DNA from: Patescibacteria group bacterium | GTDB taxonomy: Bacteria; Patescibacteriota; Microgenomatia; Levybacterales; UBA12049 | Reading direction: 5' to 3' | Assembly: GCA_023484045.1 (NCBI GenBank) | Contig: JAMDAA010000035.1 | Span: 10,966 to 74,965, forward strand | Length of the DNA: 64,000 nucleotides | Shown here: positions 26,874-36,364 of the stretch, piece after piece | Position numbering within the stretch: the stretch's first letter is position 1 | How the letters are laid out: each line of letters opens with the position of its first letter | Notes under the pieces: model-generated | Seen by the model: the letters and a program-made list of their open reading frames with translations, nothing else | Told to the model about the DNA's origin: nothing | The model's database searches: none | Made by a program: the position numbers and the translations under genes

Positions 26874-27697
26874 TTTCACTCGATAAAATAACAACAAACA
26901 ATAAGGCCTTGTATCTTGCTTACGATCAGGGTTTTGAACACGGACCGACAGATTTTAACGATGAAAATGTCGACCCGAATTTCGTATTAGATATCGGAAT
27001 AAAAGGTGGTTTTAACGCGATAATTTTCCAAAAAGGAGTCGCGGAAAAATATTATCCTTCGACAAGCTCAGGACAAGTTCCTTCGGCAAGCTCCCTTCAG
27101 CAAAGTTCAGAGCAGGCAGGACAAGTTACTAAAATACCACTCATACTTAAACTGAATGGAAAAACAAATCTTGTCGAAGGACGAGATCCGTATTCGCCAC
27201 TTTTGTGTACAGTCAGTGAGGCCTTGGATTTGGGTGCGGTAGCTGTTGGTTATACGATTTATGTCGGAAGTGAATTCGAAAGTAAAATGACATCGGAATT
27301 TTCTTCGGTTGTCCGCGAAGCGCACGAGAAAGGAGTTCCTGTAATAGGATGGATGTATTTGGCAGGAAAATTCCTTCGGCAAGCTCAGGACAAGCAAAAA
27401 GGCAGAGAACTAACGGCGTATGCTGCAAGGCTCGGATTGGAATTAGGCGCAGATATTATTAAAATAAAATATCCCGGGGATTTGGAATCGCTGAAATGGG
27501 CGGTCGAATCGGCAGGAAAGACAAAAGTTGTTATCTCGGGCGGGGTAAAGGAGAATGAAAACGAATTTTTAGAAACTGCAAAAACGATAATGGAGACGGA
27601 AGCAATCGGTATGGCTGTCGGCCGAAACATCTGGCAAAATAAAAATCCGCTCGAAATAACAAAAAAGTTGAAGGAGATTATTTTTAAAAATAGTTAA
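26870..27697 (+). CDS. Class I aldolase of the DhnA/FbaB (DeoC-like) family, with two in-frame repeat-element insertions
   Basis: MISLDKITTNNKALYLAYDQGFEHGPTDF... TIM-barrel aldolase pattern. Start set at the internal Met (ATGA overlap with the kinase stop). Insertions are TSSGQVPSASSLQQSSEQAGQ (27055-27128) and FLRQAQDKQKG (27371-27400). Confidence 0.55.
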   Translation: MISLDKITTNNKALYLAYDQGFEHGPTDFNDENVDPNFVLDIGIKGGFNAIIFQKGVAEKYYPSTSSGQVPSASSLQQSSEQAGQVTKIPLILKLNGKTNLVEGRDPYSPLLCTVSEALDLGAVAVGYTIYVGSEFESKMTSEFSSVVREAHEKGVPVIGWMYLAGKFLRQAQDKQKGRELTAYAARLGLELGADIIKIKYPGDLESLKWAVESAGKTKVVISGGVKENENEFLETAKTIMETEAIGMAVGRNIWQNKNPLEITKKLKEIIFKNS

Positions 27698-28341
27698 ATA
27701 TATTCCTTAACAATATCCCCAAAAAATTTTTTTACCTCTTTTTTCGTCGGTAAGGGTTTGGAAGAGGCTGGAATAACATCAAAATTTAATAAGTCGTCAA
27801 AATATACTAATTGCTCAAGAAATATTTTCTCTTCAAAAACGCTTCCGTACACTTTTTTTGCAACGGAAATAAGCTCGGGAAGTTTAATATAGCCGTTTTT
27901 AAAAACAGAGTAAAGATCGAAGTAATCGCGATACTCCCCGCGTCTTCCAATTGTATAAGCTTTTTGTACCGCAATGTCTTTTACGTTAAATAATCTTAAA
28001 TTGTTTTCAAAGTCTAATATTTCAAAATAGGGCTTAAACGGATAATGTAAAAAAGTAACTTTTACTTCGTTTTTAGTAAAAAATGTAAGTTCGTCGGAAG
28101 AATCTGTCGCAATGTTTTTAATCTCGAGAGTTTCTGATATTTTTTCAAGAAGGTTTTTCGAAAGAGGATTATCTCTAAAAAAATCAAAGTCAAAAGATTT
28201 TCTGTGGGCAAGGTAAAGCGCTAAAGCCGTTCCTCCGCCGAGTGTAAAATCTTTTGCGTGCAATAAAAGCTTTTTCAAAAGCTTTTGTCTTTTGCTATCA
28301 AGTACTTCTAGGTGCAGATTTGAGATATTTTTGTTCATCAA
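27694..28341 (-). CDS. AbiEii/AbiGii-family nucleotidyltransferase (type IV TA toxin-like)
   Basis: FTLGGGTALALYLAHRKSFDFDFF...RGEYRDYFDLYSV matches the DUF1814/AbiEii nucleotidyltransferase fold signature. Confidence 0.55.
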   Translation of the reverse strand: MMNKNISNLHLEVLDSKRQKLLKKLLLHAKDFTLGGGTALALYLAHRKSFDFDFFRDNPLSKNLLEKISETLEIKNIATDSSDELTFFTKNEVKVTFLHYPFKPYFEILDFENNLRLFNVKDIAVQKAYTIGRRGEYRDYFDLYSVFKNGYIKLPELISVAKKVYGSVFEEKIFLEQLVYFDDLLNFDVIPASSKPLPTKKEVKKFFGDIVKEYI

Positions 28342-28603
28342 TCGACTTTGTGTGCAATATGAACTTTGTAATAAAGTTAAGAGAAGAAGTCGTATAGACT
28401 TTCTTTGGATGTTTCAAAAATAGCTTTAAAAGTTTGTCTTCCCCCGCTGTTTTTTTGAGGGTTTTAATATCGTTAATCGTGCCATAAGCCAGGGTTTGAT
28501 GAATATTGTCTGCGGACTTTGCAGTAATTTTTTTTGCGTACCAAGAATAATTAAACATTAAAAAAATTATACCAATAAACGACTCGTTTGACAAGAAACT
28601 CAT
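28298..28603 (-). CDS. Small hypothetical protein immediately upstream of, and overlapping, the AbiEii-like gene (candidate partner)
   Basis: 101-aa ORF with a 44-nt overlap with the AbiEii start. No wHTH recognised. Confidence 0.3.
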   Translation of the reverse strand: MSFLSNESFIGIIFLMFNYSWYAKKITAKSADNIHQTLAYGTINDIKTLKKTAGEDKLLKLFLKHPKKVYTTSSLNFITKFILHTKSIDEQKYLKSAPRST

Positions 28604-28606
28604 AGT

Positions 28607-29356
28607 ATGATATATAGTAGCAAACTTATGGCAATAGAAGCTAGAGATTTACTTCGAAGACAACTTGAGCAGTTGCCGGAAGATCATCCGGAAAGGGCTT
28701 TCATAAACACCCAGATAGGTGTTTTTGATGCTTATATTGCGGCCAGAAAAGGAGTAGCGTCAGAGCCTTCTGAGTCAAGCGAAAGAGTTGATCTAAATGC
28801 AGAGTGGAAAAGACGAGCGGAAAGGTACATAGAACTTGGTTTTCATAAAGAGCTTGGTCTTTCAAAAAAGGATTATTTGGCATCTTTGCCAAAATTTGAA
28901 CTACAGCCGGAAAGCTTTCGCGGCCGTTTTGATATCCCAATTCTTGTTGAAACGAGAATTAAATCACAACGCCAAGCAGAACTTGCAGGACTCAGTTACT
29001 ACCTGAGTGGTTCAGCAGTTTCTGACTGGGAAGGTGACCCCATGGATTACAAAACTTCCGATGTTCCATATACTGCGTGGATGCAAGATGGAAGAAAAAA
29101 TCTTAAAAGGAGTGTTGACGATGTTCGTAAAGCATTAGAAATAGATGAGCGTGGAGCAACGGAATATGATGGCGTAGCCCTTTGGATTTCAAACCCAAGC
29201 GTGTTAAGAGATCATTATATTGACCTTCCGGGGACGCAGGTTGGGTCTGGGGGTGCGCCCGATTTGGCTCGTGGGCTCGGTGGGCCGCGCTTGGACTACG
29301 GTTGGGCTGGCAATGGCGATCCTAGGTTTGGTTCTGCTTCCTGCGGGAGAGTTTAA
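28607..29356 (+). CDS. Hypothetical protein. The 3' half is compositionally GC-rich relative to the window
   Basis: 249-aa ORF. The C-terminal Gly-rich stretch is encoded by unusually GC-rich DNA (ggtgcgcccgatttggctcgtgggctcggtgggccgcgc...). Confidence 0.4.
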   Translation: MIYSSKLMAIEARDLLRRQLEQLPEDHPERAFINTQIGVFDAYIAARKGVASEPSESSERVDLNAEWKRRAERYIELGFHKELGLSKKDYLASLPKFELQPESFRGRFDIPILVETRIKSQRQAELAGLSYYLSGSAVSDWEGDPMDYKTSDVPYTAWMQDGRKNLKRSVDDVRKALEIDERGATEYDGVALWISNPSVLRDHYIDLPGTQVGSGGAPDLARGLGGPRLDYGWAGNGDPRFGSASCGRV

Positions 29357-29544
29357 TTTTGACCTTTGAATCTTTTCCTTTTTTGTCCTCTTGAATTTTA
29401 TTATCGGATACCCCTTTAAGGCCAGGCCTTTTAAGGCTCTCGTATTCGTATTATTTAGGCTATTTAAAACATGCCAATAGTTATAAATTAATTAGGCATT
29501 TAAGAGAGAGTTTTTTTATGGTAGACTAGGATTAAATTATTAAA

Positions 29545-29991
29545 ATGAAAATATTTTTAGGGACTGATCACGCGGGGTTTGAGTTAAAAGAATACGTTAA
29601 AAACTTTCTTCAAAAAGAGAATTATGAGCTGGTTGATTGTGGGGCGTTAAGTTTTGATAAAGATGATGATTATCCCGATTTTGTGGGTAAAGCTGCTGTA
29701 GGAGTTTCGGAAAATCCTGGTTCGATGGGAATAGTTTTTGGCAAATCAGGAGCGGGTGAGTGTATCGTTGCCAATAAAATAAAAGGAATAAGGGCGTTTT
29801 TGGGGATAAACGAAGAGAATGTAAAACTCGCAAGAGAGCATAACGATGTAAACGTGCTTTCTTTGGGTTCAGCATTTGTAAGTAATGAAAAAGCATGTGA
29901 ATTAATAAAATTATTTATCGAAACACCGTTTTCCAATGAGGAAAGACACAGGCGCAGAATCGAAAAGATCACTGCGATCGAAAACAAATAA
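29545..29991 (+). CDS. rpiB: Ribose-5-phosphate isomerase B
   Basis: MKIFLGTDHAGFELKEYV...GSMGIVFGKSGAGECIVANKIKGIRAF matches RpiB/LacAB. Confidence 0.8.
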   Translation: MKIFLGTDHAGFELKEYVKNFLQKENYELVDCGALSFDKDDDYPDFVGKAAVGVSENPGSMGIVFGKSGAGECIVANKIKGIRAFLGINEENVKLAREHNDVNVLSLGSAFVSNEKACELIKLFIETPFSNEERHRRRIEKITAIENK

Positions 29992-30079
29992 TTGTTACAT
30001 TGTTAAAATTGTTTCATTGTTTAATTCTTAACAATGTAGCAATAAGCGAGTGCAACGAGCGGAACAATGCAACAATAAT

Positions 30080-30739
30080 ATGCAAATAATTCCTGGGATT
30101 TTAGAAAAAACTTGGGAAGAGGTTGAAAAAAAGATCGAAACCGCTAAAACTTTTTCAAAAATTATTCATATCGATATAATCGACGGAAAATTTGCGCCGA
30201 ACACGACTTTTTTAGATCCAGCGCCGTTTAAAAAATATTCAAACGATTTTTTTTTCGAAGTTCAACTAATGGTCGATGAACCGATAAATTATTTAAAACC
30301 TTTTGCCAACTCGGGGTTTAAAAGATTTTTGGGGCAGATCGAAAAAATGTCGAGTCAGGAAGAGTTTATAGCGCAAGGACAACTTTTGGGTGAAGTGGGT
30401 TTGGCGATCGATCTTCCAACCCCGATAGATTCGATAAAAGTTCCGTTCGACGGTCTTGACTGTTTGCTTTTTATGTCGGTAAAAGCGGGATTTTCGGGAC
30501 AAAAATTTTCGGAAAATATTTTGGAAAAAATAAGATCAGCAAGGCAAAAAACCTCGATCCCGATCGAAATCGATGGCGGAGTAAACGAAGAAAATATCAA
30601 ACGCCTTTTAGAATCCGGAGTTAATCGTTTTATCGCGACAAGCGCAATTTTTGGTTCGGATAATCCTTTAAATCAATATCGAAATTTACAAAACTTCCTT
30701 AAAGAGTCGGACTCACAGACGGAGAAGGAGACGGAGTGA
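30080..30739 (+). CDS. rpe: Ribulose-phosphate 3-epimerase
   Basis: HIDIIDGKFAPNTTF, LMSVKAGFSGQKF and EIDGGVNEENIKRL...FIATSAIF align with the Rpe motifs HFDVMDxHxVPNxT, LMSVNPGFGGQ and EVDGGV...AGSAIF. Confidence 0.8.
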   Translation: MQIIPGILEKTWEEVEKKIETAKTFSKIIHIDIIDGKFAPNTTFLDPAPFKKYSNDFFFEVQLMVDEPINYLKPFANSGFKRFLGQIEKMSSQEEFIAQGQLLGEVGLAIDLPTPIDSIKVPFDGLDCLLFMSVKAGFSGQKFSENILEKIRSARQKTSIPIEIDGGVNEENIKRLLESGVNRFIATSAIFGSDNPLNQYRNLQNFLKESDSQTEKETE

Positions 30740-32933
30740 AGATGCAGTTTACAGAATTTTCGGTTCCTTTTATAAAATATTCAATTCTCCCAAGACACGG
30801 TTTTTGAATAACATCAAAAGGCATTTTATATTTTTCATCGGGCTTATTTTTTAGGACCTCGGTCATGATTTTGTTCCAAATCGGTGCGGCACCCGTTATT
30901 CCCGATGCTAAACTTTGACTCATTGGGCTATTGTCGTTATTTCCAACCCAGACAGCAACAACATAAGAAGGTGTATAGCCGATTGTCCAATTATCTCTTT
31001 TGTTATCGGATGTTCCGGTTTTAACCGACACAGTCTTGCCAGAAATATTAAGAGGGGAATTTGTGCCGAATTCTAAGGCTCGAGCTTGATTATCTGAAAG
31101 TATGCTCGAAATAATAAAAGTAATGCCTTCATCTAAAACAGTTTTTCCATGGATTTCTTTTTTTTCTTCTAAGATGTTACCTTTATAATCGGTTATTTTT
31201 AAAATCGGGTTTAAATCGACTCTTCTGCCCTGATTCGCGATGGTTCCGTAAACGGTCGCCATATCGAGCATCGTGACATCCGCACCGCCGAGCGTTATCG
31301 ATAAACCGTATTTTTTCGAATCATCCCACGATTTTATTCCCATTTTCTTTCCCAAGTTTACGATCGCTTGGACCCCGACTTGATTTACAATTTTTACAGC
31401 AGGAATATTAAAAGAATTTGCAAATGCGATCCGAAGCGGAATATTCCCATGGAATTTACCGTCATAATTAACAGGTGAATAAACAGTTGCAGAACCGGTT
31501 GCAACAAACGTGATCGGAGAATCATTTAGAATTGTTGCAGGAGTTAGTCCGCGGGAAAGTGCTGCGGAGTACGTGACGACTTTTATCGAAGATCCGGGTT
31601 GGCGAAGAGAAAGTGTCACGTTTACATTTCCATCATTTTTTGTGTCAAAATAGTCTTTACTTCCGACCATCGCTAAAATATCTCCATTTTTCGGATCAGT
31701 TACGACACTCGCGCCGTTTGTAAGATTTAAGTAAGTATTATTTTGCACCTCATCTGCGACAATTTTTTCGGCATCTTCCTGAAGTTTTAAATCGATGCTT
31801 GTTATAATATTTAATCCGCCTTTTTCGACCATTCCGAGGCCATATTTTTTTACCAAAAAATCTTTCACATACATCACAAAATGCGGAGCGAATATTGGCG
31901 TTTGGGGAGTTTGAAAAGCTAGCTCTTCATTTTTTGCATTGTCGTGATCTTCCTTTGAAATATAATCCAAGGAAAGCATTTTGTCTAAAACTTCGATTTG
32001 TCTCCTTTTCCAAAGATTAGGTGTTGTGCCAAACGGAGAATAGATCGTCGGTGCTTTTGGGATTCCGGCCAAAAATGCAGATTCAGCAAGGTCTAAATCT
32101 TTGACGTTTTTTCCGAAATATATTTCGGAAGCCGCCTCTGCGCCCCAGGCAGTTCCCCCGTAAGGAACCTGATTAAAGTACATCTCGAGAATTTGGTTTT
32201 TGGTATAAATTCTTTCGGACCAGAAGGCAAGGATTATTTCTTTTATTTTTCTTTCGATCGTAGTTTCGGGACTTAAAAGCGCAGACTTAATAAGTTGTTG
32301 GGTGATCGTTGATCCGCCCTGCAACCCGTCTCCCGACGCATTTTTAATCGCTGATCTTATGATCGCGTTTACGTCAAATCCCGGGTGATCGTAAAAATCT
32401 TTGTCTTCGATCGCGATCGTCGCCTGCTGTAATTTTATCGGAATATCAGAAAGCGGGACCATGGTCCTGTTTTGATTTGCGTAAATTTGATATAAGAGCG
32501 TATGGTTTCGATCATAAATTTTTGTTGTTTGCGAGATGTCCCTTAAAGACAGCATTCTCGGATTCGGAAGGTTATCGATAAAAATAAATATAAGAATCGG
32601 GATAAAGATAAAAACACAGGAAAAAATAATGCCCCAAATAAAATATTTAAATTTTGTTAAAAACGGGAGAGGGAATATAACTATCGGCTTTGTTTTCTTA
32701 CTTTTTTTTATCCTATTTTTAATTTTTTCGTAGAATTGTTTTTTGGTTTTATTATTAGATCGAGAAAACCTCAACCTTCTTAAATCAAAGATTTCAAAAG
32801 TAATCTTAAAAAGATTAACTATAGGTTTAAATAAATTTTTGACAACAGATTTAATTGATTTAAACAATAAGATTACAAAATCACCAATTTTAATCAGAAT
32901 CTGCGCGATAAAAAAAGCAATATTCCCGATCAT
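30699..32933 (-). CDS. Class A penicillin-binding protein (transglycosylase + transpeptidase), paralog 1
   Basis: GT51 motifs IEDKDFYDHPGFD and GGSTITQQLIK. Transpeptidase region LSLRQPGSSIK (SxxK). N-terminal TM. Confidence 0.8.
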   Translation of the reverse strand: MIGNIAFFIAQILIKIGDFVILLFKSIKSVVKNLFKPIVNLFKITFEIFDLRRLRFSRSNNKTKKQFYEKIKNRIKKSKKTKPIVIFPLPFLTKFKYFIWGIIFSCVFIFIPILIFIFIDNLPNPRMLSLRDISQTTKIYDRNHTLLYQIYANQNRTMVPLSDIPIKLQQATIAIEDKDFYDHPGFDVNAIIRSAIKNASGDGLQGGSTITQQLIKSALLSPETTIERKIKEIILAFWSERIYTKNQILEMYFNQVPYGGTAWGAEAASEIYFGKNVKDLDLAESAFLAGIPKAPTIYSPFGTTPNLWKRRQIEVLDKMLSLDYISKEDHDNAKNEELAFQTPQTPIFAPHFVMYVKDFLVKKYGLGMVEKGGLNIITSIDLKLQEDAEKIVADEVQNNTYLNLTNGASVVTDPKNGDILAMVGSKDYFDTKNDGNVNVTLSLRQPGSSIKVVTYSAALSRGLTPATILNDSPITFVATGSATVYSPVNYDGKFHGNIPLRIAFANSFNIPAVKIVNQVGVQAIVNLGKKMGIKSWDDSKKYGLSITLGGADVTMLDMATVYGTIANQGRRVDLNPILKITDYKGNILEEKKEIHGKTVLDEGITFIISSILSDNQARALEFGTNSPLNISGKTVSVKTGTSDNKRDNWTIGYTPSYVVAVWVGNNDNSPMSQSLASGITGAAPIWNKIMTEVLKNKPDEKYKMPFDVIQKPCLGRIEYFIKGTENSVNCIFTPSPSPSVSPTL
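31585..31679. repeat. 95-bp block identical to 34080-34174 (between the two PBP paralogs)
   Basis: Direct comparison: atcgaagatccgggttggcgaagagaaagtgtcacgtttacatttccatcattttttgtgtcaaaatagtctttacttccgaccatcgctaaaat is identical in both genes. Two further shared blocks of about 32 bp lie near 32296/34790 and 32395/34880. Confidence 0.9.
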
Positions 32934-33019
32934 AAAATTTAAAATCTTATAGGATTTTTTTAAAGAGCAGTCACCAGGATTATACTATAGGGACAATCAA
33001 AATTAAAAGAGGTAAAATT

Positions 33020-35173
33020 TTACGGTTTTGGCGGTTCTGTTGGATGAGGGCAAGTCAAACAATAAAAGTCTCCGTTTGGGTCTTTGACGACAACTTCGTC
33101 CCGCATTTCGGCATTATCTGTTTGACCTTGTTTTACCAAATCATTCGTAGATTTATCGATCCAAACTTTTTGCTGTCCAGGATCGACTGTTTTAGGTTCA
33201 GTACCCTTTATAAAATATTCAAATCTTGTTGGGCATCGATTCGGTGTTCCGTCGGATGGCGGAATGAACCCCGACGTTGAACAAACGGCTTTTTGAATAA
33301 CGTCTTCTGGCTTCTGGGGAGATTCGATCGTTTTATCCTTAAGTAAATTTGCCATTATTTTATGCCAGATCGGCGCAGCACCTGTTATACCCGAAACCAG
33401 GCCTGTCATTTGACTATTATTGTTGTTCCCGACCCAAACAGCAGCCAATAAAGATTTTGTATATCCTATAGTCCAATTATCGCGGTAATCATTTGTTGTT
33501 CCGGTTTTAACCGACACTGTTTGATTGTCGATTTTTAGTTCAGAATTTGATCCAAATGCCATTTCTCTTGCGCCATTATCAGATAAAATATTCGAGATGA
33601 TAAAAGCGACAGAAGACGGAATGACTTTTTTTCCAAAAATCGGGCTCGAAGGTGGTTTATATTCTTCGATAATTTTTCCCTTCGCGTCGGTCAATTTTAA
33701 AATCGGATGGAGATCAATTCTGTATCCATTATTAGCGAAAACACCATAGGCGGTTGCCATCTGTAACATTGTTACTTCACCACCGCCGAGAGTGAGCGAT
33801 AGGCCATAACGATTTGGGTCTTTGAAAGTTGTGATTCCCATTGCAGAGGCAGTTGCGATCATCGGTTCGACTCCGTTTAGTTTTAACATTTTGACCGCTG
33901 GGATGTTTATCGAATTTCCCAAAGCATATCTCATTTGAATAACGCCGTGCCATTTTCCGTCATAATTTACGGGACAATATTCTTCATGGCCGGGATTTGG
34001 GAAACACGTCTCTTGATCGATAAATGGCGTGGCGGCGTTATATCCTTTAATAAGACCAACGGCGTAATTAATCGGTTTGATCGAAGATCCGGGTTGGCGA
34101 AGAGAAAGTGTCACGTTTACATTTCCATCATTTTTTGTGTCAAAATAGTCTTTACTTCCGACCATCGCTAAAATTTCTCCCGTACCAGGATCAGTTACGA
34201 GACCTGCGGCGTTTGAGACGTTATATCCTTTAAGTTTTGCAACCTCGGTAGCGATAACGTCTTGCACGAATTCTTGAGTCGGTAGATCAAGGGAAGTTAT
34301 TACCTTAAGTCCTCCTTGCTCGACTAAATGCTCGCCATATTTTTCTTCCAAAAGCCCCTTGACATATAGCACAAAATGCGGGGCTTTTATAGTGCTCGAG
34401 ACTTTTTGAAAATGGAGTTCTTCTTTTATGGCTTTCTCTGTCTGGCCTTTGTTTGTGTATTCTTGTTGTTCCATTTTTCGTAAAACCTCAACTTGCCTTT
34501 GTTTAGCGAGCTCCGGATGGGAGCCAAACGGGGAAAGCGTAGTCGGCGATTCGGGAAGTCCAGCGATTAATGCAGCTTCAGCGAGGGTTAGATCTTTTGC
34601 GTGTTTTCCAAAATATGTCTGAGCTGCTGCTTCAACTCCGTAGGCTGTTCCGCCATAGGGTGCCTGATTTAAGTACATCTCGAGAATCTGATTTTTAGAA
34701 TATAAAGATTCGGTTGCGAAAGAAAGGATAACTTCTTTGATTTTTCGTGTTATCGTTCTTTCTGGTGTAAGAAGACTATTTTTTACGAGTTGTTGGGTGA
34801 TCGTTGATCCGCCCTGCAATTCTTTATGGAATACGATCGAATACAGAGCGCGGGTGATTCCCCGAAGATCGATCGCGCCGTGTCGATAAAAATCTTTGTC
34901 TTCGATCGCGATCGTCGCATTTTGCAAATTAACCGGAATTTCTTTAAGTGGAATAAAAGTTTGGTTTTTTTGGGCGTAAATCGTATATAAAAGATTGCCG
35001 TTCCGATCGAATATTTGACTCGATTGGGGAATTGCTGAGCTACTGAGTTTTGTCGGGAGTGGCATGTCCCTTAAGATAAAAAAATAAAATAATCCGGATA
35101 AAATAGCGATTATCAGAAAGATTATCCAAAATTTGCGAACAAACTTGTAAAGCGATTTTGGGTTTTTTTTCAT
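33020..35173 (-). CDS. Class A penicillin-binding protein, paralog 2
   Basis: IEDKDFYRHGAIDLRGI and GGSTITQQLVKNSLL; LSLRQPGSSIK; N-terminal TM. Confidence 0.8.
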   Translation of the reverse strand: MKKNPKSLYKFVRKFWIIFLIIAILSGLFYFFILRDMPLPTKLSSSAIPQSSQIFDRNGNLLYTIYAQKNQTFIPLKEIPVNLQNATIAIEDKDFYRHGAIDLRGITRALYSIVFHKELQGGSTITQQLVKNSLLTPERTITRKIKEVILSFATESLYSKNQILEMYLNQAPYGGTAYGVEAAAQTYFGKHAKDLTLAEAALIAGLPESPTTLSPFGSHPELAKQRQVEVLRKMEQQEYTNKGQTEKAIKEELHFQKVSSTIKAPHFVLYVKGLLEEKYGEHLVEQGGLKVITSLDLPTQEFVQDVIATEVAKLKGYNVSNAAGLVTDPGTGEILAMVGSKDYFDTKNDGNVNVTLSLRQPGSSIKPINYAVGLIKGYNAATPFIDQETCFPNPGHEEYCPVNYDGKWHGVIQMRYALGNSINIPAVKMLKLNGVEPMIATASAMGITTFKDPNRYGLSLTLGGGEVTMLQMATAYGVFANNGYRIDLHPILKLTDAKGKIIEEYKPPSSPIFGKKVIPSSVAFIISNILSDNGAREMAFGSNSELKIDNQTVSVKTGTTNDYRDNWTIGYTKSLLAAVWVGNNNNSQMTGLVSGITGAAPIWHKIMANLLKDKTIESPQKPEDVIQKAVCSTSGFIPPSDGTPNRCPTRFEYFIKGTEPKTVDPGQQKVWIDKSTNDLVKQGQTDNAEMRDEVVVKDPNGDFYCLTCPHPTEPPKP
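34080..34174. repeat. 95-bp block identical to 31585-31679
   Basis: See 31585-31679. Confidence 0.9.
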
Positions 35174-35236
35174 CTCTATATGATATCATTTGAAGCTCGT
35201 CCTGACAAATCAGTTTTGTATAGTTTATAATTAACT

Positions 35237-36268
35237 TTGTTTATGTTTACGCCTTACTTACCGACAATAAATAATATTTTCAATGCCGTTTCGGTTCCCA
35301 GTATCGGTCTAAATTTTTTCGATATCATCATCTTGATCATTTTTATTTTTTACGCGATCGAAGGGTATTCTATCGGTTTTTTTTCTTCGCTTTTTGATCT
35401 TACGAGTTTTATTTTATCTTTTGTTTTAGCGCTAAAATTTTATTCTTTGATCGGAAAATTACTCGTCAATTTTTTTCACATCCCCCAGGGCTTTGCGGAC
35501 GCAGGCGGATTTTTTATTGTTTTTATCTTTTTAGATATCATTGTCAATATAATTCTCAAGAAAAAAATATTAAACAGATTTCCGGTCAAGCTTATTCATA
35601 ATAAGGCAAGTCATATTTTAGGTGTTATTCCGGCGATATTTTCGGCCGGGATTCTTGTTTCTTTCATTTTAACTTTGATAATTTCGTTGCCGTTTTCGGC
35701 TTTTCTCAAAGAATCAGTTTCCTCTTCGAAAATCGGAAATCTTCTTGTTCTAAACACGGCGGGTTTTGAAAAAAAACTTAACGAAGTTTTCGGGGGCGCG
35801 GTTAGCGAAACTTTAAACTTTCTAACGATCGAACCCGAAAGCAACGAATCGGTTAGCCTTAATTTTAAAATAAAAAATTTTAAGGTCGACAAAACTTCAG
35901 AAAAACAGATGCTAGCATTGATAAATAAAGAAAGAACAAATAGGGGTCTTAACCAATTGATTTTTGACGACAATATTGCAGAAGTCGCAAGAGCGCACGC
36001 GGAAGACATGTTTAAAAAGGGATATTTTTCGCATTACAGTCAAAATGGCGCTTCACCTTTCGATCGACTATCAAACGCCAATATTGATTTTACTTACGCT
36101 GGCGAAAACCTGGCGCTCGCTCCGAGTACGGAATTCGCGATGCAGGGTTTAATGAACAGCAAGAGCCACAAAGATAACATTTTATCTCCGAATTTTAATA
36201 AAATAGGAATTGGGACCATAGACGGAGGAATTTACGGAAAAATGTTCGTTCAGGAATTTACTAATTAA
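35237..36268 (+). CDS. CvpA-like membrane protein fused to a C-terminal CAP/SCP (PR-1-like) extracellular domain
   Basis: Four N-terminal hydrophobic helices typical of CvpA. The C-terminal ...GYFSHYSQNGASPFDRL...YAGENLA...HKDNIL resembles the CAP domain signatures. Confidence 0.55.
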   Translation: MFMFTPYLPTINNIFNAVSVPSIGLNFFDIIILIIFIFYAIEGYSIGFFSSLFDLTSFILSFVLALKFYSLIGKLLVNFFHIPQGFADAGGFFIVFIFLDIIVNIILKKKILNRFPVKLIHNKASHILGVIPAIFSAGILVSFILTLIISLPFSAFLKESVSSSKIGNLLVLNTAGFEKKLNEVFGGAVSETLNFLTIEPESNESVSLNFKIKNFKVDKTSEKQMLALINKERTNRGLNQLIFDDNIAEVARAHAEDMFKKGYFSHYSQNGASPFDRLSNANIDFTYAGENLALAPSTEFAMQGLMNSKSHKDNILSPNFNKIGIGTIDGGIYGKMFVQEFTN

Positions 36269-36364
36269 AAAATCGACGATTGTTAAATTGTTTTCATTGT
36301 TCAATTGTTAACAATAGTAGCAATAAAACAATAATGGCAATGTCTTAGTTATTTAGATAAATAT

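Noticed and set aside
30699-30739. 41-nt convergent overlap between the rpe 3' end and the PBP 3' end treated as an annotation error
   Set aside because: Both ORFs are well supported by motifs along their length. Short convergent overlaps occur in compact genomes, so both were kept.
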